Notes under the pieces: generated by a model | Told to the model about the DNA's origin: nothing | Databases searched by the model: none | The model's input: only the letters and a program-made list of their open reading frames with translations | Source: a bacterium | GTDB lineage: Bacteria > Patescibacteriota > Minisyncoccia > UBA6257 > Colwellbacteraceae | Assembly: GCA_021787205.1 (NCBI GenBank) | Contig: JAJYME010000006.1 | Coordinates: 15,644 to 79,643 of the forward strand | Direction of reading: 5' to 3' | Length of the DNA: 64,000 nt | Part shown: one piece after another, positions 9,713 to 19,225 of the stretch | Layout: the number at the start of each line of letters is the position of its first letter | How positions within the stretch are numbered: the stretch's first letter is position 1 | Made by a program: the position numbers and the translations under genes

Positions 9713-9743
9713 AAAGAACCCGACGGTTAACGTCGGGTTCTTT
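9713..9743. terminator. Intrinsic terminator downstream of map
   Basis: aaagaacccgacg-gttaa-cgtcgggttcttt perfect 13-bp inverted repeat. Confidence 0.8.
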
Positions 9744-9840
9744 ATATGTTTAAGAATTTTATGCCTTTCATCCCTCACATGAAAAACTTCAATTCTATGT
9801 CCTCTATTATAGCATATATACCAAAAAAGCAAAAGGTTTC

Positions 9841-10623
9841 TTAGGTCAAAATGACCGGTCCGGATTTGCTGATGCTGATCGTATGTTCAAAATGGGCCGC
9901 AATCGATCCGTCTTCAGTCGCGTATGATCCATCAGAAAGAGAAACGATTTCCCCCTCCCCCAAGGCGAACATCGGTTCGATCGCCAAGACCATTCCTTCT
10001 CTCAGTTTCATTCCGGTTTTCGGATTGCCGAAGTTCCAAACGAAAGGATCTTCATGGACAGCTAATCCGACGCCGTGTCCGGAGAGTCCTTCAGCGATCG
10101 AAAGCTTGAACTTGTTCGCCGTTTTCTCTATTGCCCAACCGATGTCCCCAAGGCTATTTCCGATTATAGAAACCTTGATTGCCTCTTCCAAAGCGATTTT
10201 CGTTCCGTCAATCAATCTCTTTATCTCCTTCGGCATTTCTTTTTCATCCCCGACGAATACCGTCGTAGCCGAATCGGAAAAATAACCGTCGAGATTGACC
10301 CCAAGATCAAGCTTCAAGACATCGTGAGCGCGCAAAACGTAATCCCTAGGTATTCCGTGGACAACGATATTGTTTACTGAGGCGCAAATCGAAGCCGGAT
10401 AAGGCTCACTTGCTCCTTCCGGCCTATAATGGAGAAAGGAAGGGACTCCACCCTCGTCAGTGATCAGGTCGTATGCCAGCTTGTCCAAAAAAGAGAGTTT
10501 TACCCCTTCCTTGGCTGCCTTCTGAAGTCGCCCCAAAGCCCTGTTGAGAATCGCCCCGGAGGCGGCGATACCCTCGATCTGCTCCTCGGTTTTTATTAGA
10601 TTTTTATTCGTATTTTTACTCAA
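9841..10623 (-). CDS. map: Methionine aminopeptidase type I
   Basis: VVHGIP, DLGV..FSDSA, GHGVG..VHEDP, AIEPM, AHFEHT; start probably TTG 10623 (uncertain). Confidence 0.94.
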   Translation of the reverse strand: MSKNTNKNLIKTEEQIEGIAASGAILNRALGRLQKAAKEGVKLSFLDKLAYDLITDEGGVPSFLHYRPEGASEPYPASICASVNNIVVHGIPRDYVLRAHDVLKLDLGVNLDGYFSDSATTVFVGDEKEMPKEIKRLIDGTKIALEEAIKVSIIGNSLGDIGWAIEKTANKFKLSIAEGLSGHGVGLAVHEDPFVWNFGNPKTGMKLREGMVLAIEPMFALGEGEIVSLSDGSYATEDGSIAAHFEHTISISKSGPVILT

Positions 10624-10698
10624 TTTGCAACTTAATAACCAAACCTTTGTGTGGTAGCAAATTACCACAATATCCAGTAAATATCAATTTATTTAAAA

Positions 10699-10825
10699 AA
10701 GCATCATATATCTTCATAGCGGCTTTTGAGGCATTTTGGCACGGTCCGACAAAGTCGGCAAAATGCCGAAACCTCGGAGGATGTCGCTGGACGTCCGAGA
10801 ATGAGCGAGAAGATATATGATGCTT
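10699..10825 (+). repeat. Structured dispersed element, copy B
   Basis: Perfect 17-bp outer stem aagcatcatatatcttc/gaagatatatgatgctt; same inner architecture as A and C. Confidence 0.85.
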
Positions 10826-10833
10826 ATAAAGGC

Positions 10834-11529
10834 CTACTTGTTAAATTCCTTCCACACCTTCATCACCTCCTTGTGAATATTCTTAGGCGTATTCATCGCA
10901 TCGATTTTTACCACCTTGACGCCCATCTTTTTCATTCTCTGGACTATGGGTAAAGTGAGCCGCTTATATTCCTGGCAACGGATCCTGATTGTCTTCGGCT
11001 CATCCAGTCCCGGTCTCCCTCGAAGGGAATTTCTCTTGACTGATTCTGCGACCGGAATATTGAACCAGATGACGATCATATTCTCCAACCCGTAATACTT
11101 TTCAAGCAAGGCTACCGTCCCTTTTTTTCCATTCATGCCAAAAGCCTCTCGAGGAGTCCTCGGACTGCCGGAAAAAATCAACCCGTGACCGACTCGGGAA
11201 AAATCCTTGATAGGGTCATCGATGATTGAGATTACCCATTCCGGGGAGCAAAGCTTCCCGCTCATGAAGAGCTTTCGTTGTTTTTGGACGATCGGTTTTT
11301 TAAGAGCCTCGGGGTCGTTGATTATCTTTTCGATATGAGTCCCCGTATCGAATTGGGAGAACTTGTCCGTGCCGACCGTCTCCAAGAACAACTTCGCCTG
11401 AGTCCCCTTTCCCGATCCTGGCGGGCCATAAAAGATTACCGCCTTAGGAATATCCTTTCTTTTTATCTTAGTCTCCTTCTCCGCCTTCGTTTCCTTTTTG
11501 GCAGTTTTAACTGAAGTCGTCTTTTTCAT
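10834..11529 (-). CDS. adk: Adenylate kinase, short-LID type
   Basis: GPPGSGKGTQA P-loop, GSPRT; secY-adk-map position. Confidence 0.88.
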   Translation of the reverse strand: MKKTTSVKTAKKETKAEKETKIKRKDIPKAVIFYGPPGSGKGTQAKLFLETVGTDKFSQFDTGTHIEKIINDPEALKKPIVQKQRKLFMSGKLCSPEWVISIIDDPIKDFSRVGHGLIFSGSPRTPREAFGMNGKKGTVALLEKYYGLENMIVIWFNIPVAESVKRNSLRGRPGLDEPKTIRIRCQEYKRLTLPIVQRMKKMGVKVVKIDAMNTPKNIHKEVMKVWKEFNK

Positions 11530-11596
11530 TTTTTTATTATCTTGATTATATCACAAAATAAAAAATAAAGGCGGAAGCCCCGCCCTTATTTCCAGT

Positions 11597-12757
11597 TTAT
11601 TTGACATACCAGCGCATCACGAATTGTCCGGCGTCGCTGCTCGAACAAGAAGTGTTGTAATAGAGCGCCCCGTTGTACCCAGTCCACTTAAAAACCCAAT
11701 CTAGCTTGAGTCCGGTCATATCGGTGGCGCTGCAGCAAGGATTTGCCCAAACGCCATCAGCCCAGTTACACATTCCAAAACTGGTATAAGAACCGCCGTA
11801 TGGAGGATTGTAGTAGCCCGTCGAACCGCCGCCGATGCTGGAACACTGGAGAATGCTCGTCGTCCTGTGCAACAAGGTGGTCACATTATTATAGGGTATC
11901 TTTACCGAAGTGATATCATATTGTTTCACGTTGACGCTGCAGCTTGTTCCGTAACCGGTTCCGACAACATCCGATCCGTTCCAGGCAGCCGTCCCTTTAT
12001 TAACGACAATGCTTGCCAGATTGGCATTAAGCGCCGTCCAACCGCCACCATCCGAAACCATATCGCAATCGACGGCAATGATCGGTTCTATGCCGGTTCC
12101 GTCAACGTCTATCCAATATTGGCCGCTCGCCGCCTGGGAGTATTTCGTCTTGATATCGAGACAACTTGTCCCTTTAGCTACATTGGGGGCGACTGTCAGT
12201 GAGTTCCCCATCTCAAAGACGGCTCCATTATCTCCCCCGTCCTTAGCTGCCGAATCAAAGAATTTCGCCGATTCCACCGCCGCGTCAATCTCAAAGCCTC
12301 CGGCGGCCGCCGCATAAACATAATAGGATCCGGTCGAACCATCGTTCTTAGGATCGATTGGTAAGACCGAAACCGGCGATCCTCCTTTTATATTTCTGAA
12401 ATCTGTCGGCATCCAGCCCGTACCGTCAATCTTGCGGAGATTTGCGGTTGTCACGCATCTGTAAGTCCATCCTGAAGGCAGGGCCGGCAGGCCGGTTATG
12501 TTGGCGCAGGTCGCGGATGTATCCGGGATGGAGATATAGGCGACATTGGCCGCCCCAAGGGAGGTGGCGGGACTGTCGGCGATCAAAAGCATTGTCGCAT
12601 CATCGATTGATTTGATGTCTGTCTTCCTGCTTGAATCCCTTGATTGGGCTAAAAGTTCCGTCGGATTGAGGACTAAGACCGTTGCCGACCCCAAAACGGC
12701 GACGATCGCAATCACTATAAGAAGTTCTATTAAAGTGAAAGCCCGAATACGAGACAT
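11597..12757 (-). CDS. Type IV pilin-like protein with C-terminal fibrinogen-like domain
   Basis: A|FTLIELLIVIAIVAVL N-methylation motif; SCLDI..SGQYWID..DCDMVSDGGGWT. Confidence 0.85.
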   Translation of the reverse strand: MSRIRAFTLIELLIVIAIVAVLGSATVLVLNPTELLAQSRDSSRKTDIKSIDDATMLLIADSPATSLGAANVAYISIPDTSATCANITGLPALPSGWTYRCVTTANLRKIDGTGWMPTDFRNIKGGSPVSVLPIDPKNDGSTGSYYVYAAAAGGFEIDAAVESAKFFDSAAKDGGDNGAVFEMGNSLTVAPNVAKGTSCLDIKTKYSQAASGQYWIDVDGTGIEPIIAVDCDMVSDGGGWTALNANLASIVVNKGTAAWNGSDVVGTGYGTSCSVNVKQYDITSVKIPYNNVTTLLHRTTSILQCSSIGGGSTGYYNPPYGGSYTSFGMCNWADGVWANPCCSATDMTGLKLDWVFKWTGYNGALYYNTSCSSSDAGQFVMRWYVK

Positions 12758-12794
12758 TATGAGAAATATTTTAACAAAAAAGAGCCTGATACAA

Positions 12795-12832
12795 AAACAG
12801 CCCGAGTGTCTTTCGACACTCGGACGGTTTTT
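12795..12832 (-). terminator. Terminator after secY
   Basis: ccgagtgtc-tttc-gacactcgg hairpin with flanking A/T tracts. Confidence 0.75.
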
Positions 12833-12856
12833 GTTTGAAATATTTCGTTTTCAAAT

Positions 12857-14137
12857 CTAAGCTGATTCGTATTCGCTGACTTTAAGCTGTGATTCGATTT
12901 GTTGCATTGAATCCAAGGCAACGGAAACGACAATTAAAAGCGTCGTTCCTCCGAAGGTGAAATTCTGCTTGGTTATCACCTGGGTGACAATCGGCAGGAT
13001 TGCCAATACCGCCAGGAATAAGGCGCCGAAGAAAGTTGTCTTTCCGGTGATGTTCCCGAGATAGTTGGCGGTCGGATCTCCAGGACGGATTCCGGGGACG
13101 AATCCACCGGAGTGTTGGAGATTTTTCGAAATTTCATTCGAATCGAAAACAACGGCTGTATAGAAGTAAGTAAAGGCAAAGACAAGGACGAAATAAATGG
13201 CGCCGTAAATGAGCTGATTGCTCATAAATGTCTTGACGGCCCCGTTTATCGCTTGGATGCCCGGAATCGAAGTCAGGGAGAGGAACGCCAGAACCATTTG
13301 CGGCAGCGACAAAAGCGCAATCGCAAAGATTATCGGAATGACTCCCGCCTGAGTTACCTTGATAGGCAAATAACTGTCGACTCCCGCCATTACTCTTCCG
13401 CCCCTTATCCTTTTCGGATAAGTGACAGGAATCCTCCTTTCGCCGGAGCTGATGAATACCACTCCGCCGACGATCAGGACGATCAAAACGGCGAAGACGG
13501 CAAAGACATCAATGCCTAAGGCCCCATCTGAAAGCTTTGAAAAAGCACTCATGATCTGGTTAGGCAATCCGGCGACGATACCGGCGAAGATGACGAGAGA
13601 AACACCGTTTCCGATCTTTTTCTCGTCAATCAATTCGCCGACCCACAAAAGGATCATTGTTCCGGCTGTGGCAACTGCAATGTTGATCCACAAATCCGGA
13701 GACAAGAGACCCATTTTAGGAATAACTTGTTGGGCAGCGAGGAGTTTTATGTAACTGAACGTCTGGATTACAGCCAAAGGAATAGTGATCAATCGGCTGA
13801 TCCTGTTGAATTTGGCGCGTCCAGCCGAACCGTCTTCATAATACATTTCCTTGAGTGATGGGAAAATCATAGTCAAGAGCTGCATTATGATGGTTGCGGT
13901 GATATAAGGGCCTACGCCCAACATCGCCACGGAAATTTTATCCAAACTTCCGCCGGAAAAAACGCTCCAGAAACCCAACATTTGGTTGTTGGCATAAAAC
14001 GCCTTCAAAGCTTCGACGTTTACGTTAGGCAGGACGACTGCCGCAAGCAAACGGAAGAATACGAGAAGGCCCAAGACCACTAGGATCTTGTTCCTTAACT
14101 CTGTCGAACGAAATATTCTCAAAAAGCGTTTAAGCAT
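12857..14137 (-). CDS. secY: Preprotein translocase SecY
   Basis: LGVGPYITATIIMQLL, IGNGVSLVIFAGIV, PGIRPG. Confidence 0.97.
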   Translation of the reverse strand: MLKRFLRIFRSTELRNKILVVLGLLVFFRLLAAVVLPNVNVEALKAFYANNQMLGFWSVFSGGSLDKISVAMLGVGPYITATIIMQLLTMIFPSLKEMYYEDGSAGRAKFNRISRLITIPLAVIQTFSYIKLLAAQQVIPKMGLLSPDLWINIAVATAGTMILLWVGELIDEKKIGNGVSLVIFAGIVAGLPNQIMSAFSKLSDGALGIDVFAVFAVLIVLIVGGVVFISSGERRIPVTYPKRIRGGRVMAGVDSYLPIKVTQAGVIPIIFAIALLSLPQMVLAFLSLTSIPGIQAINGAVKTFMSNQLIYGAIYFVLVFAFTYFYTAVVFDSNEISKNLQHSGGFVPGIRPGDPTANYLGNITGKTTFFGALFLAVLAILPIVTQVITKQNFTFGGTTLLIVVSVALDSMQQIESQLKVSEYESA

Positions 14138-14318
14138 GCTTTCCTCTTAATTTTGGCAAGCGCTGAATCATATCTCTTTCAGCAGGGCGGATACGATGAC
14201 CCGAACGGGACTTCTGTCCCTTCTGGCCTTTACCTGAAGTTGTACCACGCTTTCCGCCGCGACCGACGCGCTGTGCGTCTTTATTTTCGTGAATTGCTCT
14301 AATTTCGTGAAGTTGCAT
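14130..14318 (-). CDS. rplO: Ribosomal protein uL15 (N-terminal part only, 62 aa)
   Basis: RVGRGGKRGTTSGKGQKGQKSRSG..RLPKLRG. Confidence 0.9.
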   Translation of the reverse strand: MQLHEIRAIHENKDAQRVGRGGKRGTTSGKGQKGQKSRSGHRIRPAERDMIQRLPKLRGKHA

Positions 14319-14325
14319 AATGAGA

Positions 14326-15144
14326 TTACTTTACGGATTTAAGCTGCTTTAAGGCGGCGACGGTAGCCATAGCATTGGTTAATTTGTTCTTGGTTCCTCC
14401 AAGGCACTTTGCAGTGACATCTTTTACTCCTGCGAGCAAAAGAACGGAACGAACAGCTCCACCAGCCATAAGTCCGTGTCCGGGTTTAGCCGGGCGGATA
14501 ATGACTTGGGCGGCAGAGAACTTGGCTTTTGTCTCGTGAGTGATAGTTCCCTCTACGATCTTAAAGGTGACAAGTTTCTTCTTGGCAGCGGTCTTTGCCT
14601 TGGAAACAGCTGACTGGACGTCAGCCCCCTTAGCAACACCGACACCGATGGTTCCTTTTCCATCTCCGATTACAACAGTAGCTCGGAAGCGGAAGCGCTT
14701 TCCACCGGCGACGACACGAGTGACGCGGCGAAGGTCAAGAACAGATTCATTGAATCCATCTCTTTCTTTTTCGACTTCCTTTCTGAAAGGACGTCCACCT
14801 CTTCTGTCTCCGCCTTGAGAGCGGAATCCTCCCTCACGCTTTTCTCCAGGCTTGAAAGGACGGCGAGGTCCGCCAAATGAAGGGCGGGTTCCCTCTTGTC
14901 CTTGAGGACGAGGAGTGAACGGTCGGGAGCCTGCTGGTCTGGGCGTAAACGGCCTAGATCCGGCAGGACGAGAACCTTGTTGTCCGGCAGGACGAGGAGT
15001 GAAAGGACGGGAGCCTGCTGGTCTGGGCGTAAACGGCCTAGATCCGGCAGGTCTCGCGCCAGCGGGTCTTGCGCCAGCCGGTTTAGCGCCGGTGGGACGA
15101 GGAGACGAAGCTGGTTTGGTTGATTGTACTTTTTGTTCTTCCAT
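14326..15144 (-). CDS. rpsE: Ribosomal protein uS5 with long repetitive N-terminal extension
   Basis: RRVTRVVAGGKRFRF, GLMAGGAVRSVL. Confidence 0.95.
   Translation of the reverse strand: MEEQKVQSTKPASSPRPTGAKPAGARPAGARPAGSRPFTPRPAGSRPFTPRPAGQQGSRPAGSRPFTPRPAGSRPFTPRPQGQEGTRPSFGGPRRPFKPGEKREGGFRSQGGDRRGGRPFRKEVEKERDGFNESVLDLRRVTRVVAGGKRFRFRATVVIGDGKGTIGVGVAKGADVQSAVSKAKTAAKKKLVTFKIVEGTITHETKAKFSAAQVIIRPAKPGHGLMAGGAVRSVLLLAGVKDVTAKCLGGTKNKLTNAMATVAALKQLKSVK
14907..15052. repeat. Coding direct repeat (about 60 bp x2, period 84) in the rpsE extension
   Basis: ggacgaggagtgaa..gggagcctgctggtctgggcgtaaacggcctagatccggcagg occurs twice; encodes RPAGSRPFTP x4. Confidence 0.9.
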
Positions 15145-15148
15145 TTCC

Positions 15149-15502
15149 TTATATGTTGATGCCGGAATTTCTTAAGGCTTCGGCTACACCTTTTACTCTG
15201 CCGTGATAACGATAGCTTCCTCTGTCAAAAACCATAGCGGCAACGCCCGCCTCCTTGGCTTTTTTCGCGAGAAGTTCGCCTACAAGCATCGACTTTTCGA
15301 CCTTAGTTCCCTTTTTTTCTATTTCGTGAGTGGAAGCGGAAAGAATGGTCTTTCCCAACTCGTCATTTATAAGCTGAGCATAAATGTGTTGGTTGGAGCG
15401 GAAAATTGAAAGTCTGGGGCGTTCCGCGGTTCCGAAAAGCTTGGCTCTTGTGCGCTTCGCTCTTCTCTCGGCTCTAATATTGTTTTTTATTATTTTATTC
15501 AT
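15149..15502 (-). CDS. rplR: Ribosomal protein uL18
   Basis: RPRLSIFRSNQHIYAQ, FDRGSYRYHGRV. Confidence 0.96.
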   Translation of the reverse strand: MNKIIKNNIRAERRAKRTRAKLFGTAERPRLSIFRSNQHIYAQLINDELGKTILSASTHEIEKKGTKVEKSMLVGELLAKKAKEAGVAAMVFDRGSYRYHGRVKGVAEALRNSGINI

Positions 15503-15514
15503 TGCCTTTAACTA

Positions 15515-16054
15515 TTATTTTCCAGCGACCTTCTTACCGGCCTTTCTTCTGATTACCTCGTCAGAGTAAGCAATACCGGATCCCTTATAAGGTTCAGGTT
15601 TGCGAACGGCGCGGATGGTAGCAGCGAAAGCTCCGACTTGTTCTTTGTTCATTCCAGAAACTTTGACGACGTTCTTATCAACCGCAACTTTCAATCCCTC
15701 AGGGATTTCAAGATTGACAGGATGAGAATATCCGACAGTCAAGGTTAAAGTGTTTCCAGAAACGGCAGCGCGATAACCGACTCCTTGGATCGTGAGATCC
15801 CTTGAGAAATCAGTTTCGACTCCCGATACGGCGTTCTGAGTCAAAGCTCTCATAGTTCCCCAATTGGCGCGAGTCTGTCTCTCTTCGTTTAAAGCGACGA
15901 AAGAAAGCTCATTTCCTTCCATTTTGGGGGAAATACCCTTCAAAACGGGAACTTGGATAGTTCCATTTTTTCCGGTGACGGAAACAGTCTTGTCTGAGAT
16001 TTCAACTTTGACTGAGGCCGGGACGATTATTATTTTCTTACCTACCTTAGACAT
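15515..16054 (-). CDS. rplF: Ribosomal protein uL6
   Basis: MSKVGKK, GVGYRA, RKPEPYKG. Confidence 0.96.
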   Translation of the reverse strand: MSKVGKKIIIVPASVKVEISDKTVSVTGKNGTIQVPVLKGISPKMEGNELSFVALNEERQTRANWGTMRALTQNAVSGVETDFSRDLTIQGVGYRAAVSGNTLTLTVGYSHPVNLEIPEGLKVAVDKNVVKVSGMNKEQVGAFAATIRAVRKPEPYKGSGIAYSDEVIRRKAGKKVAGK

Positions 16055-16055
16055 A

Positions 16056-16436
16056 TTACCAAATTTCAAATAAGAGTTCTCCGCCGACCTTTTGTTTCTT
16101 AGCTTCCCTTTCAGTCATGACTCCTTTCGGAGTGGTCAAGAAATAATTTCCGTATCCTTGCTTTGAAAGACGGATATCCCTGTAACCCTTATAGATCCTC
16201 TGGGAAGGCTTGCTCACGATGCGAAGATCGGAAATCGCAGGGACTTCCCCTTCGTACTTGAGCTCAATATCGATTATTTTCTTAATGCTTCTGCCTTTCT
16301 TTTCAGCCGAAGCGATATACCCGGATTTGACGAGAGCGTCTACTATTTCCATATCAAACTGAGCATATGGAACCTTAACCCTCTTTTTTCCTGCGAGAAT
16401 CGCGTTCTTAATCCTGGTTAACATATTAATATACAT
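16056..16436 (-). CDS. rpsH: Ribosomal protein uS8
   Basis: MLTRIKNA, VSKPSQRIY, VGGELL. Confidence 0.96.
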   Translation of the reverse strand: MYINMLTRIKNAILAGKKRVKVPYAQFDMEIVDALVKSGYIASAEKKGRSIKKIIDIELKYEGEVPAISDLRIVSKPSQRIYKGYRDIRLSKQGYGNYFLTTPKGVMTEREAKKQKVGGELLFEIW

Positions 16437-16448
16437 ACGCGTAAGTTT

Positions 16449-16634
16449 TTACCAAGAAGCTTTTTTTACACCCGGGATAAGGCCATTCGACGCAAGTTCC
16501 CTGAAGCAAATTCTGCAGATACCGAAGTCGCGCATATATCCATGCTTACGACCGCACTTGAAACAACGGTTAACTGATTTAACCTCATGCTTTTGTTTTT
16601 TTCTCGCTCTCGCGATTACTGATGTTTTAGCCAT
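16449..16634 (-). CDS. rpsN: Ribosomal protein uS14 (zinc-binding type)
   Basis: [22 protein letters not shown]. Confidence 0.96.
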   Translation of the reverse strand: MAKTSVIARARKKQKHEVKSVNRCFKCGRKHGYMRDFGICRICFRELASNGLIPGVKKASW

Positions 16635-16643
16635 AAGTATATA

Positions 16644-17144
16644 TTAGTCGACTAACGGTAATCCTTTTTCGCGATAGAAGGCGATGGCCTCTTCGCGATC
16701 CCTGATATTCGACACAAGGGTAATCTCCAAGCCAAAGTTATACTTTGAGGCTTCGGGATTGATTTCAGGGAAGACAGATTGATCTTTGAATCCGATGGAA
16801 ATGTTTCCATTTCTATCGATGTGTTTTGCAGAGATTCCTTTGAAATCTCTGACACGAGGCAAAACGGCAGAACCAAGTTTGGTTAAGAAATCATTCATTC
16901 TTCTACCACGAAGTGAAGCGACGATTCCGACAGCTTCTCCTTCTCTAACCTTGAATCCTGCAACGGACTTTTTTGCTCTGGTGATAGCCGGAGTCTGTCC
17001 AACGATTGAAGCAAACTCCTTGACGATCTCAGGCAAAACTTTGTCCTCAAATTGAGCGTTTTGCAATCGCATCTTACCAAGGCCGCTTGAGACGACAATC
17101 TTTTGGAGCGTCGGGCTTTTGGATTGTGCTTTGTTTTTTGACAT
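16644..17144 (-). CDS. rplE: Ribosomal protein uL5 (short N-terminus)
   Basis: AKKSVAGFKVREG, LPRVRDFKG, VFPEI. Confidence 0.95.
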   Translation of the reverse strand: MSKNKAQSKSPTLQKIVVSSGLGKMRLQNAQFEDKVLPEIVKEFASIVGQTPAITRAKKSVAGFKVREGEAVGIVASLRGRRMNDFLTKLGSAVLPRVRDFKGISAKHIDRNGNISIGFKDQSVFPEINPEASKYNFGLEITLVSNIRDREEAIAFYREKGLPLVD

Positions 17145-17157
17145 TTAAATTAAATAT

Positions 17158-17463
17158 TTAGAAAGAGCCTCCGCACTTTTTGCAGACTCTTTTTTTCTTG
17201 TCGCCTTCCGTAACGGATCCGACGCGGGTCGGTTTGCTGCATAATGGGCAAACGATCATCGCGTTTGAAGCGTTAAGAGGGGCGGCAACGGAAACGATTT
17301 GTCCGGTTTCTCCCATCTTTTTGGGCTTGACGGCGCGCTTCATAATGTTCAATCCCTCAACCACGATGCGGTTTTCTTTCGGATTGACTGAAGCGACCTT
17401 ACCGCTTTTCCCGGAATCCTTTCCCTTAGTTATTAAAACTTTGTCTCCTTTTTTGATATTCAT
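17158..17463 (-). CDS. rplX: Ribosomal protein uL24
   Basis: MNIKKGDKV..GKDSGKSG; CxxC pairs. Confidence 0.95.
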   Translation of the reverse strand: MNIKKGDKVLITKGKDSGKSGKVASVNPKENRIVVEGLNIMKRAVKPKKMGETGQIVSVAAPLNASNAMIVCPLCSKPTRVGSVTEGDKKKRVCKKCGGSF

Positions 17464-17470
17464 ATTAGTA

Positions 17471-17839
17471 TTAGACAATGTCTTCCGCCAAAGAAACGAT
17501 CTTTTCAAATCCTTTTTCTTTGAGTTCTTTGGGGATTGGCCCGAAGATGCGGGTTCCGACCGGTTCTTTCTTGGGATTCAAGATGACGGCGGCATTATCA
17601 TCGAAACGGACATAAAGTCCTCCCTTACGACGCATATTCTGCTTCGTGCGGACGATGACAGCTTTGACGACATCTTTCTTCTTAACCGACTTTCTCGGTT
17701 CAGCAACTTGGACGGAAGCAACGATGATATCGCCAACGCGGGCATATCTTCTCTTTGAACCTCCCAAGATGCGGAAACAACGAATGGTTTTGGCTCCTGA
17801 GTTGTCGGCAACTCTTAAAATTGATCTTTCCTGTATCAT
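17471..17839 (-). CDS. rplN: Ribosomal protein uL14
   Basis: [23 protein letters not shown]. Confidence 0.97.
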   Translation of the reverse strand: MIQERSILRVADNSGAKTIRCFRILGGSKRRYARVGDIIVASVQVAEPRKSVKKKDVVKAVIVRTKQNMRRKGGLYVRFDDNAAVILNPKKEPVGTRIFGPIPKELKEKGFEKIVSLAEDIV

Positions 17840-17848
17840 AGGTCTGAA

Positions 17849-18106
17849 TTATTTTTCGATCTTGCCGGAAACCTTGAATCTCTTATCTTTCGAAAGAGGG
17901 CGGGTTTCTTCGATTACAACTTTATCGCCGACCTTGTATTCGTTATTTTCATCATGCGCTTTGAAGCGCTTTGAAACGTAGAAATACTTTTGGTACTTCT
18001 CGTTTTTGATATGGCGTTTGACTTCGACAACGACGGTTTTATCCATCTTGTCAGAGACGACGACGCCTTCTAACTTTCTTACTTGTTTGTCAGTTCCGGT
18101 AGTCAT
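17849..18106 (-). CDS. rpsQ: Ribosomal protein uS17
   Basis: [21 protein letters not shown]. Confidence 0.97.
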   Translation of the reverse strand: MTTGTDKQVRKLEGVVVSDKMDKTVVVEVKRHIKNEKYQKYFYVSKRFKAHDENNEYKVGDKVVIEETRPLSKDKRFKVSGKIEK

Positions 18107-18107
18107 T

Positions 18108-18518
18108 TTATTTTTTAATGATTTTAGTTTTTACCGGAAGTTTATGACCGGCAAGACGGAAAGCGTTTTCAGCGGTTTGGGCTGAGACACCATCCATCTC
18201 GAAGAGGATGCGACCGGGCTTGATCGGAGCGACATAATGGTCGACCGCGCCTTTTCCGGCGCCCATTGTAACTTCAGGCGGCTTTTTGGTTATTGGTTTA
18301 TCAGGGAAAATCCTGATCCAAATCTTACCTTCTCTTTTGATGAAATTGGTAAGAGTGCGACGAGCGGACTCTATTTGGGCTGAGGTGAGCCAGGCAGGTT
18401 CGAGAGCTTGGATTCCGTATGAACCGAATGCAAGATCCATTCCTCTGGTTTCAACTTCACGCTTAAGAGAACGTCCCTTCTGCATCTTTCTATGTTTTAC
18501 TTTTTTAGGAATAAGCAT
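18108..18518 (-). CDS. rplP: Ribosomal protein uL16
   Basis: [20 protein letters not shown]; start moved to ATG 18518. Confidence 0.96.
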   Translation of the reverse strand: MLIPKKVKHRKMQKGRSLKREVETRGMDLAFGSYGIQALEPAWLTSAQIESARRTLTNFIKREGKIWIRIFPDKPITKKPPEVTMGAGKGAVDHYVAPIKPGRILFEMDGVSAQTAENAFRLAGHKLPVKTKIIKK

Positions 18519-18523
18519 AGCAA

Positions 18524-19219
18524 TTATTTTTCTGATGTGTTCTCTTTCTTGTTGAAGACTTCGCCCTTGTAGATCCAAACCTTGATACCGATAGCGCCAT
18601 AAGTGGTGCGAGCGGTAGCTTCGCCATAATCGATATCGGCGCGGATAGTGGTTAAAGGAAGAGATCCGGCTGATAAGGATTCGGAACGGGAGATTTCAGC
18701 TCCATCCAAACGTCCTCCAACCTTGATTCTGACTCCCTTGACGCCACGCATAGCGCTGACTTCTTCGATGTATTTCTTGACAACTCTTCTGAACTTGAAA
18801 CGCTTTTCAAGATCAAAAGCGATGCTTTGAGCAGTCACCTTTGCGGAGACTTCATTTCTGGCAAGCTCGGAGACATTAAGATTGATTGAGGGAACGGGTT
18901 CTTTGATACCGTCTCTCTTTCTCATCTTGGTCATCTCTTTAATGATGGCTTTGGTGATATCTTCTATCCCCTTTCCACCTTTTCCGATGATGAGTCCCGG
19001 GCGGGCAGCCTTGATGAAAACTCTGTAAGCATTGGCAGTGCGCTCAATGTCAATATAGGCAATTCCCGCAGCGGAGATCTTATCGGTTATAACCTTGCGG
19101 ATGATAACGTCCTCCTCGAGGAATTGGGCGCGCTTTTCTCTAGAATCGCTAAACCACCTGGAGCTCCAGTTCTTTAAAATTCCAATACGGAAAGAATTCG
19201 GTTTTATTTTGTGTGCCAT
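18524..19219 (-). CDS. rpsC: Ribosomal protein uS3
   Basis: [27 protein letters not shown]. Confidence 0.97.
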   Translation of the reverse strand: MAHKIKPNSFRIGILKNWSSRWFSDSREKRAQFLEEDVIIRKVITDKISAAGIAYIDIERTANAYRVFIKAARPGLIIGKGGKGIEDITKAIIKEMTKMRKRDGIKEPVPSINLNVSELARNEVSAKVTAQSIAFDLEKRFKFRRVVKKYIEEVSAMRGVKGVRIKVGGRLDGAEISRSESLSAGSLPLTTIRADIDYGEATARTTYGAIGIKVWIYKGEVFNKKENTSEK

Positions 19220-19225
19220 AGTGGT

